Assembly: GCA_963693365.1 (NCBI GenBank)
Contig: CAVNZM010000001.1
Coordinates: 19,042,125 to 19,106,124, forward strand
Direction: 5' to 3'
DNA length: 64,000 nucleotides
Source: Amoebidium appalachense
Taxonomy: Eukaryota > Protista > Ichthyosporea
In this document: positions 1 to 21,680 of the stretch, one piece after another
Position numbering within the stretch: position 1 is the stretch's first letter
How the letters are laid out: each line of letters starts with the position of its first letter
Notes under the pieces: model-generated
What the model was told of the DNA's origin: nothing
Databases searched by the model: none
What the model saw: the letters and a program-made list of their open reading frames with translations, nothing else
Position numbers and translations under genes: made by a program

Positions 1-93
1 AGTTGAAGCGCAAATGTTGGACATGGGGTTGTTTGCACAAATGGGGAGGGCTAAGAAGACACTCACTGATCTCGAATTGTACCTCGTCTTTTT

Positions 94-137
<44 letters not shown>

Positions 138-351
138 GGTGGTGGTGGGGGGGGGGGGGGGGGGGGGAGGGGGTAAAGTGGGGTGCTGAAATAGGGTGTG
201 CAATGAAACTGAATACTGGTTTCTTGCTTTGCGGCGCACAGTCAGAGGGAACCGTGGAGGGGTGAAAGGGCTCACAAGTAGAGCAGAGGGGTGTGTGGTT
301 TTTTTGCTCGTGTCCTTTTGTTGGATATTGACCTTGGCGCTGTGTGTACAG

Positions 352-1275
352 GAGGAGAGAAAACAGCGCATGGCCACCCTCTCGGATGTGCTGCACAAAG
401 TCGACACAAACCAAAAGGGTACATGCCCCCCCCCCCCCCCCCCCCCCCCCCTTCCCCCCTTTCTCGTCGAGAGAATGGGCTCTACCTATGTTGCAGTCTT
501 TGTATAGAGGTTTGGGACTCCACCTTCACACCACCTTTCCCGGGATGGGCTGGTAGAATGTAAAGTTTCTCGGTACTTCCCCACTACCAAATACCTCCCT
601 GCCCATACTTTTGCATGCCTGGTTGATCTCAGGACACGACGTTCTCCATGTGCTCCACGAATGGCGTCCTGTGAGTTATGCTGTTCGGGGCTCAGGCTCG
701 TCATTCTTCCGATCCCCCCCCCCCCCCCCCCCCCCCCCCCGCTTTACTTCCATACAACCGGGCATGGTTGCTCTGTGTCGTGCATCTTTAAGCACATACG
801 CATTTTTCGCTGCACTTTGTGCAAACTACATCTTCACCGTTTTGCTCACCTTGCTTGCATATGCAACCCTGCTCGTCTTTGATCAAGACGGGTTGACCCT
901 CCCAAGTTCAGTTGATGCTGCTGTCTGAGTTGGAGAGTCGTATATACGCGGGCTAAGGGGTCGAAACTCAGATGCAATTGATGACCTGGGCCCCCCCTGA
1001 GGATGGTCTCTGCTTATGACGCATACTGTGCGCATGGCTGATGTTGCATACTTGAATGTTTGCCTTTGCATGTGTCCTGCACCATACTTCTCATCGTGTA
1101 TGTGTACTTCGTACCGTGTTACGCATTCAACCCCCCCCCCCCCCCCCCCCCCGGGCCCCCAATTACCCAAGGGTTGGCCTCATTACTTGGTATGGTTGTT
1201 CTGCTCTAAACTGACTTTCTGCAATTCCCCCCCACGTAACCACCAACCCACATACAACTGTTCATACACAGGACG

Positions 1276-1329
<54 letters not shown>

Positions 1330-2490
1330 AAATGGATGAAGACGATGATGCAGGCCCTAAGGGAGATGCCCCCATCCTCGACACATTCGTGCCTGCTGCC
1401 CCTGGCGGTGATGAGCTTAGTGGTGTGCAGGAGGTGTGTGTGTGCATGTGTGTGTGTCCGTCTCCGTGTGTGTGTGTGTACGTGGCGCCTGCTGGCTGTG
1501 TGCGTGTCAGTATTGGTCAGTGTGCATGCACGGTGTGTACAGCCTTGTCTGCTCTTTGTGTTTGCTTGTTGGTCTATTGGCGTGTAGTGATGGTTTTGGT
1601 GGGTTTGAGAATTGACTGAGGGGTGGGCTAAGGGCATGAAGAACTGTGTAAAACTATTCGTGCGTTTGTATGTGTGTGTGGATTGGTGCTTTTTTGTGTT
1701 CTCGGGCATGAGGGGAGTGAAGGTGTTAATATCAGGGTGAGTGGAGTAAGAGGGTAGGCAAGCAGCACGTGGTTAAACAATGTGATTGGATAGGGGAAGA
1801 AAGGTGTTTGAGAGGGAGGGGAGGGGGGAGGGAGCGAGGACGATTGAAGGATGGGAGAGAGCGAGGGCGGGGGGGGGGGGGGGGGGGAGGGGGAGGCGGA
1901 GGCGTGTGGAGAGTGGGGGAGTGGATATGATTGTGTTATTTGAACCTTTGTGGTGGGCTCACGTATGCACGTGCACACAGGCACAGGAGAAGGAGAAGGA
2001 GGCTGAGGCCTTCAAGAGCCTCTTCTCATCGTGCAGCTTCTATCTGTCAAGAGAGGCACGAGCCCCCCCCTCCCCCCCCCCCCCCCCCCCCCCCCTCCCT
2101 CCTCCTCCTCCTCCTCCTCTCCTCCTCCCCTGCCTGCATGGTGAATACCGGCACCAGCAGTCCTCAGGCACCCTTTCCTCCCTGTGGTTCTTGATATCCC
2201 TTCCAACAATGGCTACACCCACGAGCCTATGGGGAGTGAACGAGATTTGGGGGGAGGGGGGGGGGGATGTTTCTGCAATTTTGTGTTTGCAAATTATGAG
2301 TTTAGTGGGGCAGGTGTTTGGGACTAGTGGCGTGACAGAAAGGGTAAGCCATAGAGTTGGGCCTGATGGAAGGCTGAATTTTTTTGACATCTGCTGCCCT
2401 ATTCTAACCACACACATAATCACACACACGGGCGCACAACCCCCTCCTCCCCCCCCCCCCCCCCCCCCCTCCCCTGCGTCCCCAATACCA

Positions 2491-2569
<79 letters not shown>

Positions 2570-2685
2570 CACATACACACACACAACCAACACCCCTGAC
2601 AACAACCCCTCCCCTCCCCCCGCCACATGCATCATGTCGTCCGATGTGAATGTGTACTTCGCACTCTTGAACACGTTCTAACCAC

Positions 2686-2753
<68 letters not shown>

Positions 2754-3202
2754 ACACACGCCCACACGCCCACACGCACCCATGCACACAGGTACCCTAC
2801 GACTCTTTGGAGTTTGTTATCCGCAGTCTTGGCGGCAAGGTGTCGTGGTTTGGCCTCAGTGAGACTGTGCCAGGTGCCGCCACCGAGGACACCCCTACCA
2901 TCACCCACCAGGTGGTGGACAGGCCGGGGGCTGTGCAGAAACATTCGGGTCGGGTCTACGTGCAGCCCCAGTGGGTGTACGATTGTGTCAATGCAAGGAA
3001 ACTTCTCCCTGGTAGGTGCACATGCACAAAATACCCCTGAATTCCGGGGTGCTAAGCTGCCCCTGTGCAGAGAAATTGTTTTAAATTTGGGCGGTGTGCG
3101 GATCTGCATCTTTATTTCTCGTCCCTCCCCCCCCCCCAGCCCCCCCCTCTCCCCCTCTTCTCTGCCCCTTCCCTACCTACTTAACACGCGCACACACGCA
3201 CG

Positions 3203-3250
<48 letters not shown>

Positions 3251-3499
3251 TGCGCGCACACACACATGCACACAAACCTTTCTTCTTCTGCCTTCTTCCC
3301 CACCTCCATCCCCCCCCCCCCCCCCCCCCCCCCGGCCCCAGCCCCTTCCTCTTCCCCCTTTCCCTTTACCAAACCCCCAACCTTCCCACACACACAACAC
3401 AGTTGCACGCTCACGCACATGAACTCATCCCGTTCCTTGCCATCACCATTGTGTTTCCCTGTGTGGAATCCACTGACGATTCTTAAGTGGTTGGTGTCT

Positions 3500-3537
<38 letters not shown>

Positions 3538-3815
3538 TCGTGGGCCGATGTATAAGGTAGACATCGGGGGAAGGGAGGGGGGGGGGGGGGGGGGGGGTAT
3601 TGACGCTGAAGAGATATTGTCTCTTTCCTATGGTTTTGGATAGTTACGGAGAATAGCATGGCTGACAATGGGCCAATGGCAGCTGAGGACTATGCACCTG
3701 GGCAGCTGCTGCCCCCCCACTTGTCGCCATTTGTCGAGGCTGGGGAGAATGACTATGACCCCACCCGGCCAACAAGAAAGCCGGAGGATGACGGGGAGCA
3801 ACAGCAGGTGTGTGT

Positions 3816-3852
<37 letters not shown>

Positions 3853-4338
3853 TGTGTGTGTGTGGTAGGGTGGGTGGGTGGGTGGGTGAGTTGGGTGGGT
3901 TTACATGGGTGTTTGTTGGTGGGTGGTGGGCGGGTGGATGGGTTTTGGTAGGTCCGTGTGTGCGTTTGGGGGGAGGTGGTGGGTGGTGGTGGTGGGGGGG
4001 GGGTTCTCCAGTGTGTTTTTGGGCATTTGTGTGTAGAGAGTGCATACTAAGGTGTACAAACTTGTATGGTTGTGCGGGAGAGGAGGGAATGGGGGAGAGG
4101 AGGGCAGCGACCGGAGGGGAAGAGGGGGAGGGGGGGTGACGGGGCGCAGACACATAAAATATGTGTAGTTTTGTTGTTCAGGAGACACGAGGGTCTTTTT
4201 GATTGGCCGGTGCTGACCAATGGTTGTTCAGGATTCGGACGAGGAGGAGACATACCAGCGGGAGATGGAGGCCGAGTCGAAGGGCATTTCATTCTCCGAG
4301 CAGAAGGGGTCGGCCCAGAAGCCAAAGAAGAAGTAAAG

Positions 4339-4369
<31 letters not shown>

Positions 4370-4641
4370 ACCTCTTTCCCGTCCCCTCCTCTCCCATCTC
4401 CCCCTCTCACTTTTTCCCCCGTCCTGTCGACTTGCACGCCTCTCAAATGCGCCTAATATTAAGTGCTCCACGAAAATAAGCGAAACGAAAGGATTATGGT
4501 TCTTGGTTGTGATGCAACAAAATATGGCAGGTGCTTATGTCATTAAAGGCTGTGTTGTGGTGGCAGAGTGTGCGTGAAAGCATGTTGGTGGTGTTGTAAA
4601 AGCATGTGAGTGTGTTTTTGTTGTTGTTTGTTTATTTGGAA

Positions 4642-4676
<35 letters not shown>

Positions 4677-4894
4677 CTTTCTTGTTTTGCTCATGTGTGC
4701 GGGTTTAACTTACGTATGTACGTTCAGCAGGGAAACATAATGGGTGGGGGAAAGGGTGTGTGTGTGTGGGAGAGGGGGGGGAGGGGGGGGGGGGGGGGGG
4801 GGGGAAAGGGTCGGACGGGTGGATGGAGATAGGCAACTGGAGACAGTTTTTGAGGAGGGGGGCGGGAGGAGGGAAAGGGATAAGTGGTGGTGGT

Positions 4895-4928
<34 letters not shown>

Positions 4929-5300
4929 GAAGGAAAATGTGGAAAAGGGTGCTTACCAGGGCAATGTGTACATAGAAGCAGCAAGGGCAGCAAGGAGCAG
5001 GGGTCCGACGAGGAGAAGGAGCTGGCCAAGATCATGATGAGCAAGAAGCACCGCCAGCTGTACAACAAGATCACACACGGCAAGAAGCGCAAGCAGGACG
5101 AGGTGTGTGTGTGTGTGTGTGCGCGTGTGTGTGTGTGTGTGCAGATGTGTAGATGTGTAGATGTGTGTTGCACGTTGTTGTTGGTTGTCGGTATGCTCGG
5201 TTCTAGCTGCATTTTGTTGTTCGCTTCTCCACCTCTTTTTTGGTGCGCCCTCCGTGATTTTAACTTGATCGGTTAGAGCTCCCTCGTTTCTCTCTCTCTC

Positions 5301-5342
<42 letters not shown>

Positions 5343-5468
5343 TCCTCTTTCCTTCTTTCTCCTTCTCTGTTTCTCGCCCTCTCTTCCCCTTCCTCTCTCC
5401 CTCTTTCTCTCTTCTCCCCCCCCCCCCCCCCCCCCCTCACTCTCTCTCGCTTTCTCTCTCTCTCAGAG

Positions 5469-5522
<54 letters not shown>

Positions 5523-5728
5523 CCTCCCTCTCTCTGTGTCTCTCCTTCCCCACTCCCCTCCATATCACTTCCTCCCTCTGAGCTATGTTATCATTGCTTG
5601 TGTTTCTGGCCGGCCGTGTACTGATGATATTTCTTCTTGTCCAACAGGTGGAAAAACTGGAGAAGCGCAGGGCAGAGAACGAAGAGGCTGCAGCGCCCAA
5701 GACGAAAAGACAAAGAAAGGGCAAGTGA
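352..5728 (+). CDS. PES1: Pescadillo homolog (PES1/Nop7), 3' part; the 5' exons lie upstream of the window
   Basis: Hand-spliced exons 352-418, 1327-1433, 1981-2055, 2792-3011, 3683-3807, 4232-4332, 4976-5102, 5648-5728 keep one frame. They give the BRCT region [25 protein letters not shown]...ITHQVVDRP...[12 protein letters not shown], then LPPHLSPFV and [21 protein letters not shown], typical of pescadillo. Stop TGA at 5726-5728. Confidence 0.93.
849..1130 (+). mobile_element. Dispersed repeat family R1, long copy (PES1 intron)
   Basis: Aligns with 30130-30378 over ~250 bp and is near-identical to 25355-25483 over its 3' ~140 bp. Ends GCATTCAA directly before a poly(C) run. Confidence 0.75.
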
Positions 5729-6747
5729 GTTGTCTGATTGGTATGCTTCACGTCGTGACAATTTGCTGGCTGTTGGCCGTGTAGATAGCCTAACGGGTTC
5801 CAATTAATGGTGTGATATGTTGGGTAACTACCATGGCGGTCGGTTTATTAGTTGTGGCACGATGTTTGTGCGATTGTGCTTGTGACCGTAAAAGTCAATG
5901 CTGAAATAGTCTGATCTATTGTCACAGTGTACACACACAAGGATATCGTAGATTGTGTAGCGTTGAATAGAAGAGCGTTTGTTGAAGCTCGAGATAAGGT
6001 GGTCACATCAGTGTTAGCCTATTTAAGAAGCAGTTCTTCTCGGACAGAGTTTTCTTTTTATTTTTCTTTTTGTTTTCCTTTTTCTTTCTTTCCTTTTTTC
6101 GTCATTCCTTTTAGCTTGCTGGAGCGGCAAGAGAGGCCCCCGGGGGGGGGGGGGGGGGGGGGGGGCTCCTTTTTTGCTTGGAAGTTTCGCAACAATGCCT
6201 AGCCTAAGGCGTGCTGTTATCTGGAAATACATACATATACTTTTTGACATGACTGCAGCTAAGAGACTATCACTGTGACGGACAGACGTGACGGGTTGAT
6301 TTTCATCATATTATTACACTATATTCCATCCTTTAGCCTTGTTATGGCACCCTTGTCAACAACTTCAATGAGGAATATTCACATGAAAGCACGTGATACA
6401 AATAAAAAGGGTTTACTCAGGTCATCCGTGATGATCAAAGAGGATTATGCACAGATCTCATTCTTGAGTGAGATTGAAACCGGGAGCTCGAGCGTATACC
6501 CAGATCTGAAACGTGTCAATGACCAAACAACCCTGGGAAAATGGAGGTCAGCACCACCAAAGTTTGTATAAATTTGCAAGTTGCTGAGAAAGAGTGGGAG
6601 GGAAAGTAGTAGGGGTAATATACACACACAGGTACACAAGTATTATTATTATGTATGTGTACTTACAGGGGTCACTAACAGGTAAATACGGTCTTGGGTC
6701 TAAAGATTTGCAAGATTCTCGGCCGTAGGGTTCATTACTTATTCTCC

Positions 6748-6794
<47 letters not shown>

Positions 6795-6876
6795 CCTGCC
6801 CACCCACCTGCCCACCTGCCCACCCGCCCCGCCGCCTGCCTCGGTCCTATGGGTCCTTCTTCTGGGCTGCGGGAGT

Positions 6877-6915
<39 letters not shown>

Positions 6916-7165
6916 AAGAGACACGCACACCGTGCACGGTGACACGGAGGCACGGAGACACACACACACCCACATTGTGATACACACGTGCACACGCACA
7001 CACACCACACACAAACACACCCAGTGGCAAACGAGCACAAATTCCAAATGAGCACACAGACATATGCACACATGTTTGCGCAGCCCGTCCGCCCCCCCAC
7101 CTGCCAGCCCGCCCCGCCGCCCGCCTCGGTCCTATGGGTCCTTCTTCTGGGCTGCGGGATTTTTT

Positions 7166-7206
<41 letters not shown>

Positions 7207-7394
7207 ACACCGTGCACCATGACACGGAGGCACGGAGACACACACACAGCCACATTGTGATACACACGTGCACTCACACACACGCCACACACACACACAC
7301 ACCACACACACAAACACACCCAGTGACAAACGGGCACAAAATCCAAATGAACACTGACATATGCACACATGTTCGCACAGCCCACGCCCTCAAC

Positions 7395-7468
<74 letters not shown>

Positions 7469-7508
7469 CCCGCCCATAAAAAGGACCCACAGGACAGGGT
7501 GGGAAAAA

Positions 7509-7551
<43 letters not shown>

Positions 7552-7751
7552 GCACACACACACAGTGCACCGCCACACGGACCGTCCACACAAACACACC
7601 GTGACACACACACATTGTGATACACACACGTGCACACGTGTCACACACACACACCACAAACACAAACACACGAAGTGACAAACGAGCACAAAATCCGAAT
7701 GTACACACAGACATATGCACACATTTTTGCACAGCCCCCCTCCCTCCCCCC

Positions 7752-7782
<31 letters not shown>

Positions 7783-7783
7783 A

Positions 7784-7821
<38 letters not shown>

Positions 7822-7871
7822 TTTTTTTTTTGTAAAAAACCTCCTGTCATATAAAGAGGACCCACCGGACA

Positions 7872-7917
<46 letters not shown>

Positions 7918-8065
7918 TACGCACACACACGCCGCGCACCGTCACACGGACACACACACACAAACGTTAACACACACACACATTGTGATACACACACATG
8001 CACACACACACACACACACACGCTTAGAGTGACAAACGAACACAAAATCCAAATGATGCAGCCGA
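6748..8065. repeat. Intergenic tandem satellite, four diverged units of ~300-350 bp
   Basis: Each unit is C-run / cassette / G-run / body. Body motifs CACATTGTGATACACAC and GTGRCAAACGRRCACAAAWTCC recur four times (near 6970, 7250, 7610, 7980). Confidence 0.85.
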
Positions 8066-8102
8066 GCACAAGGCATGGATTGCGGTTTTGTGTCACCCCC
8101 CA

Positions 8103-8135
<33 letters not shown>

Positions 8136-8895
8136 AACCCTAGCGGCGAAGATATGGTGGTTGCATTATTTTCCCGATGCATGGCCTGCGTGAAGCCTTT
8201 TCGCGTATTGTGACACAACGGTGTCCATTCTAAATGACTTAAATTGATGCCCTAAATAGATAATATTACGTGTTAAAGCATCCCCACCTGTAGGTAATCA
8301 CACAATATTGACGACAAAAAATAAAGGTTATCTCGGCCTGATAGAAAACTCACACAAAATCAAAAAAACGCCGTGTAAGGATCATCAAAGCTCTGGCCCC
8401 TGAATTTGAAACAGTTAAGCACAGGGGCTGTGACCCAGGGGGCAAAAAAAAAAAAAAAAAAAAAAAAAAGCCTGCCCTGCTCGGCCCTCCGCCCTCCGAT
8501 GATATTTCACCTTTTTATAATATTAGCAAGTTTCTGTTGCGAGGTTAAAAACAAACATCATGATATGAAGGTGAAAACTAGCCCCCTGGCAATAAATTCA
8601 GTTCACGTGTACTAATCGCTTCATGATATGCACGTGGAAACACAAATTAAACTCAAGAAGTGGCCACTAGTCTGCATTTTTTTAGCTCCATCCAGATCAC
8701 CGCCTTCTTAAGAATTACTTTAATTATTTTAAAAAATTTAAAGGTATCGGTCTCAGACTAGTCCCATGGGTACGGCCACACACTGCTCAGCAAATAGTTT
8801 ACGCCATTATGCGTACCAAGTCTCAGAAATCCATGGCAATTGACCATGAATTTCGAGAGCCTTGTAAGTATGCGACTGATTAACCATTCTTATTT

Positions 8896-8933
<38 letters not shown>

Positions 8934-9019
8934 CTCGCCCTCCTTTCCAAGTGCTAGGCTTAAGTGATCCCTGTGCACCGTGGCAGTACTCCGTACCTCT
9001 TCAACCCCCGCCCCCCCCC

Positions 9020-9052
<33 letters not shown>

Positions 9053-9640
9053 ACACACACACACCCTCCCTCCCCAGCCTCCCCAATACCTCCCTCTCGC
9101 TCGCTCCCCCCTCCCCCTCCCCCGGCCCCTTATTTCTTCCCCCCCCCCCGGCCCCCCTTCTCCGCTCCCCCCCCCCCCCCCCCCCATAGACACTCACCAC
9201 CTACTCTCCCCCCCCCCCCCCCTCCCCCTCCCACGCGCTAAATCACCCTCACTCCCTCTCTCTCTCTTCCCCTCCGTCCCCACTAACCCCCTCCCCCCCC
9301 CCCCCCGCCCCCGAGCTCTCTCTCTCTCTCTCACGCCTGGAAGTTGCTGCTTTCTAAACTCACACCGCCCCACCCCCCACCTATCATCATGGGTCCTCCT
9401 CCGAAGGGTTAACATGGATTACAAGCATGATAACATTAAATTTAATTGCCGTCACATTATTGCAGAACCAAATTTGAAATTGAGGACACGGTACCGAACA
9501 ATAAAAACAAGAATCATCAACACAACCAAATAGTGGGAAAAAACAAAAACGATCGTGAATTTTGTTTAAAAATGACCAACTAAATAGATTCACATTCATA
9601 CAATTTTCCGGTAAAACAACCAGGAGCATTCACCGATGAT

Positions 9641-18208
<8,568 letters not shown>

Positions 18209-19089
18209 TGCTTATCGTTTACCTTCTCCGAGGGCAATGCATTTGGTTATGTGGATTGATATATGCAGTGAGCTGGAACGAAGGAAAACCCCACGCTTTT
18301 TCAGTAGTTCTGGGGTACTCACAACAATTATTATTAGGCCGATGTAGAACCAAGTGGCACGGATTCCCTAAGCCTTGCCAATCGGAAGTAGAGTTTCTAT
18401 GCACACAACTCGATAGTCTATTTTCCTGAGAGAACAATTGGAGGCTTTCGAGTTCAAAAAGATACGGGCTTACGCATGTGGGTTGTGTATGGCGCTCGAA
18501 AGTTGGGCCAGGTATATATGCACAACATTTCATACGCCAACTGCAGAGACAGAAGGTGGCTATTGAACAAATTGGCCAGGGCTCATTCGGTGCTACGCAG
18601 GGGTCTAAACTTCTGAAGGTACAGGTCTGCCCGACCAACCAAGCAACTTTTTCGAAGATTTTCCAGCTGTTTCCAGCACAATTCTTCGTGCATTTAGCCA
18701 CAAAAGAATCGGGTTACCTTGCTTTTATCCCATTTTCGTTCTTCACTCTGAGCACTTTCAGCAGAACTTGAGAATTTGGCTGATGGTGCAACAAGATTTG
18801 ATGATGCGATTGGCAAATAGAATGAGGGTGGGCAAAATGAATGTACATGTTGGGATCATGCCACCGATCCCCCAATCCTTTTTGTATAATTGTAGAAATT
18901 TATGTTGCTTCATCTTATTTTAAGAAATGTACAAAATACTTTTTAACTAATCTAGCTCCCTCTAGGCGTTTTTTCCGGGGAAACCCGCTTGTTTCTACTG
19001 TTTTCACTCACTCTCTGATTCAAGTGAACTGGTGCGCCCTTAGCGAATCAGCATTCAACGGAAAGCTTGAAACCTCTTTTGTAATATTA

Positions 19090-19710
19090 GACATGTTTTT
19101 CCATAGCATATTTTGTTTCGAATATAATAAGCATATCTCGATATACTTATCATATTCTATCTGCCAGCGGTCGATTCTACCGTACCACTTTTTTGTTTAG
19201 TATATGATAAGTATATCGCAGGATCGCACGAACAGCCGACCCGACCTCGATGCGTTCACGTCCAATCAATATCGATCTGAAAAGATATACTATACTACCG
19301 TCGAATATCTTTTGGCCCTTTCATATGAACGATATTCAAAAGTAGACATGTTTTACCATAACATATTTTGTTCCGAATATAATAAGTATATCTCGATATA
19401 CTTATCATATTCTATTTCATGCGGCCGATTTTACCGTACCATTTTTTGTTTAGTATATGATAAGTATATCGCAGGACCGCACGAACAGCCGACCCGACCA
19501 TGGTGCGCGATCGATGCGTTTACGTCCAATCAAATTCGATCTTATCAAAAGATATACTATACTACCGTCGAATATGTTTTGGCCCTTTCATATGAACGAT
19601 ATTCGAAAGTATATCGATTTCGAATATCCTTTTCGCGAGTTTACCAGATTAGGCAGGTCGGCGATAATCTTGTTATATTCGAGACAAAATGTGTTATGGT
19701 AAAACATGTC
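19090..19710. mobile_element. MITE-like non-autonomous DNA element with duplicated left end
   Basis: TIR GACATGTTTTWCCATARCATATTTTGT...GAATATAA versus its complement ending ...GTTATGGTAAAACATGTC at 19710. Flanked by TATTA on both sides (19085-89, 19711-15). The left ~255 bp are repeated in tandem from 19345. Confidence 0.8.
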
Positions 19711-20008
19711 TATTAGATCTATTCGAGGCTGTGCCCGCGGGGAGCCCCGGGAGCAAGTGGGCCGGCAGAGCTGACTGCAGCTGGCCGCGGTCGAACGTCA
19801 AGGGTCTGGTATATACCTATATATCATGGTGCGGAAAGAGATGCAGAAAACAAAACAAAACATTTGCTGTTGGGTGTGTGTAGGGTGAACTATCATAGTA
19901 AGAGACGCTGCACACATTTGCAGGCATGCGCGCACACGCACAAAAATTGTTAAACACACACACACACACACACCGTGGCGCACACACATGCGCACACGCA
20001 CACGCACA

Positions 20009-20088
<80 letters not shown>

Positions 20089-21680
20089 CAAACGCACACA
20101 CACACACGCACACGCACACGCACACGCACGCACGCACACACACACACACACAAACACAAACATACACATACATGCACACCGTACACACAGAATATACGGC
20201 AAACACTCACATAAGATAGCTACACACATATGCAAACACACAGATACACCACACAAGCACACATCGCAACACACAAAAACACACGCAAGGACGCACACGC
20301 ACGACACTCACACACACACATGCGGGGGGGGGGGGGGGGGGGGGGGGGGGGAGGTTGGGAGGGTGTGGGTGTGTGTGTGGGGGGGGGGGGGGGGGGGGGT
20401 AGATATCATACCTGCCTCATTAGTTTATCATTTGCCGATGTTGTGCACAGCTTGCTCTACTCACGTCGATACAGCTCGTCGATAGACCAGTTTAGAATAT
20501 TTTTTTTTTCAAATTCTGCCTAACCTTATATGGCTCATCGGCATCGGAACAATTCGAATCTTGTGATTGGTTGCGCCAAAAGTAAGGGCCAAGGTAAGGG
20601 CCGCTCAGGCGGTGACAGGCCAAAATCTCAGACCGACAGCCTCTCAAAAGCAGTTAGAACCCTAAACCCTTAGAAAGTTGGTTTTCGTCCATAAAAAAAA
20701 GTTTCAAGAAATAAAAGGCGCGCAAAAATGATATAAGCAGTTGGGGTGCTCCGACAACGCCTACATCGCTAAAATCATTAAAACCCGTCTTGCATAGCCT
20801 CTTACCACCTTGACTCCCTTCACTTCGCCAGTTCGGCTGGCTGGATCTCCCTAGAGCGAAGCAAACACATTGAGATTCTCAATTAGTAAACCTAAATTGG
20901 TCTATACACGATCGCGGACTTCCAAGGTGCTCAGCTTGCTCAGCTTGGCCATGGGCTGCAGCAGCGGGGTATTACTTGTACACCCCCCCCCCCCCCCCCC
21001 CCCCCCCACAAATACGCACACACGCGTGTGATGTGTGTATGCGCGCGTTTCAAGTTAAACTTATAGGGGGGGGGGGTTGGGGGGGGAGGGGCCGGGGGGG
21101 GGGGGGGGGGGGGGGGGAGGTAGTTACTCAGGGATTCAATTTGTAGTACTGGTGCATGTGGCTGGGGGCAGTGACGAGGTTGTAATTGACAATGTGGCCT
21201 TGCGGCAAAGTGAGAGCTCATAGCCTCCGTCTCTGCCTTCCGTACATGCCACGATGCAGACAAGATGAGTAGTGTGCAGAAATTCGGGCCCCGACGACCG
21301 GGGAAGGGACTTAACGAGAGAGGGAGGGAGGGAGGGAGGGGAGGGGGGGGGAGGGAGAGGGGGCAGTGGGAACAGCGCTCCCCCCCGGCGTGCTAGAGCC
21401 ATATTTGTATGGATAGAAAACATCTCGGAAAAATTCAAGAAATCCACGTTTTCTTCTTCCAACCTTCCATGGCAAGTAGAGGTGCTGTACCAGCAGAACC
21501 TCTGCATTTCAATACATATTTGAAACCGGGGTCAAGCCATATATATATACAGTATGCTAAACTGCTACGACTGAAACATACACACAAGATCATACTTTGT
21601 CTCTATTCTGCATGTGCAGTCTGTGGCCGTAGCACTTTCAAAGTATACAATAGACACAGGCGTTTAAGGTGCATGAAGCC

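Noticed and set aside
920-1010. Canonical hammerhead ribozyme call
   Set aside because: Core-like motifs are present but not in type I/II/III order, and stems I and II cannot be formed convincingly. Kept only as a speculative finding.
975-1042. Box C/D snoRNA reading of R1 (TGATGA/TGAGGA ... CTGA)
   Set aside because: Box spacing is too short, there is no terminal stem or recognisable rRNA guide, and the family behaves like a truncated dispersed repeat.
3012-4975. General rule that intron ends are bridged by complementary repeats (Cn/CA near the donor, TG/Gn near the acceptor)
   Set aside because: It fits introns 3012-3682 and 4333-4975, but many other introns carry repeats of only one polarity, so this window does not support it as a rule.
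6268-6300. CACTGTG heptamer suggesting a Transib/RSS-like terminus
   Set aside because: No matching extended inverted terminus or target-site duplication was found.
19204-19716. 170-aa ORF with an internal repeat
   Set aside because: It lies within the AT-rich MITE and simply reflects its tandem duplication. No transposase motifs.
20655-20675. Telomere-like AACCCTAAACCCT (also TTAGGGGTTAG near 56546)
   Set aside because: Only one or two imperfect units, which is expected by chance.
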